Assembly (NCBI GenBank): GCA_008632985.1
Contig: QPGO01000037.1
Location: 248,001 to 312,000, forward strand
DNA from: Psammoneis japonica
Lineage: Eukaryota
Reading direction: 5' to 3'
DNA: 64,000 bases
Shown here in pieces: positions 63,301 to 64,000 of the stretch (the first letter of the stretch is position 1; the number at the start of each line of letters is the position of its first letter). The position numbers and the translations under genes are program-made. A model generated the notes under the pieces. It was not told the DNA's origin, searched no databases, and was given only the letters and a program-made list of their open reading frames with translations.

Positions 63301-64000
63301 TGCACATTTGGTCTTGTCTTTTAGCATGTCTGTTGGTGGACCCCAAATGGCTGCCATCCTGTCCACATCTTAAAGTGCAATGGACCTTGTTTGAATGCAA
63401 AAACAGCTTGAAATCTATCACATTTGGTGCTCCAGCTATGAAGCACAGCCTGAGTGCTTGCTCAGCATTCAATGCCTCCCTCTTGGTGTGGCCTGTGGAA
63501 CAAGCTTCACTGTCAAAACACCACAGCTCCAGATGCACTCCTGTGCTCTTTGTTGCTCTCCTTCTGCTGCTTCTTCTTCTTTGACAGCATGCTCGCCGGC
63601 AACTCACTCTCTTGAAGATCTTTTGCATGGTCATAAAACTTCTGGCTTGGCATGGGGGTGTGCATCCTGGTGTCATTCACTTTGAACACCCCAACTTGCT
63701 TGCCAGTTTTCTTGTCTGATGGTTGAAACTCATCCACCACTCGGTTGTCACATGTCATGCAGAACTTGCTCTTCATGTCCTTTAAACTGAAGATGTTTGC
63801 CTTGCCATTGCATTCTGGATGCAAGCTTCACATCCCCCCATCCAGACATGGCACAGTTTTTGTCTGAAGCACCTGCTCCTGCACTTGTGGACAGAACAAT
63901 CTTGGTCTTTGCCAGTCACACATTGTGCACCACTCTCAGGCTTGCCACCATGCCAAGGGCAGAGCCATTGTCAAGGATGATTTCATCTGCCTTGATGCCC
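60400..64000 (-). mobile_element. Degenerate Ty1/copia element C, related to element A; continues beyond the window
   Basis: GDFMTKPLQGKK.FQKF..VIMG (RNase H end), FHVDDLLSSH and KIAGALV...EKGKRALCVKV (RT), HVPKVEGSMQTSKE (integrase), and DEFQPSDKKTGKQVGVFK matching element A's DELQPPDKKAGKQVAVFK. Confidence 0.92.

Larger units (their letters stand above)
56860..64000. other. TpA- and CpG-depleted hypermutated repeat domain 3
   Basis: TA nearly vanishes after ~56853 and CG after ~57030, continuing to the window end. Confidence 0.92.

Noticed and set aside
425..64000. Classical fungal RIP as the explanation
   Set aside because: RIP converts CpA to TpA and enriches TA and AT content. Here TA is depleted and CA/TG enriched.

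Overview
Eukaryotic DNA, most likely a diatom (inferred from the NRT2 sequence, CoDi-type Ty1/copia elements and ~80-95 nt GT-AG introns). The window alternates between two sharply different states. Gene islands of ordinary composition (~19.9-39.4 kb and ~53.4-56.85 kb) carry DUF4419, Kelch/U-box, NRT2, a secreted FAD oxidase, a fatty-acid hydroxylase, a CNMT/CFA-like methyltransferase, BRO1/ALIX-UBA, LURP-one and an LVIVD-repeat gene. Three repeat domains (~0.43-19.6, ~39.5-53.36 and ~56.86-64 kb) are built from dead copia, Harbinger/ISL2EU-like and Plavaka-like elements plus engulfed non-TE genes. The main discovery is in the repeat domains: they have lost CpG, as expected from 5mC deamination, but also almost all TpA, which is converted to TpG/CpA. 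Conserved Tyr codons read as Cys or His and TAA/TAG stops are rare. This is an A:T-to-G:C hypermutation confined to repeats, opposite in direction to fungal RIP. It is separable from CpG decay (near-complete in a Plavaka-like element that still has CpG, and extending a few hundred bp beyond the CpG-depleted edges) and tends to spare TTA/TAA contexts. It points to a possible repeat-targeted genome-defence mutator or a TpA base modification. Caveats: all composition statements are by eye, not computed, and several 1-bp deletions in host genes suggest an imperfectly polished long-read assembly, so a basecalling artefact must be excluded.
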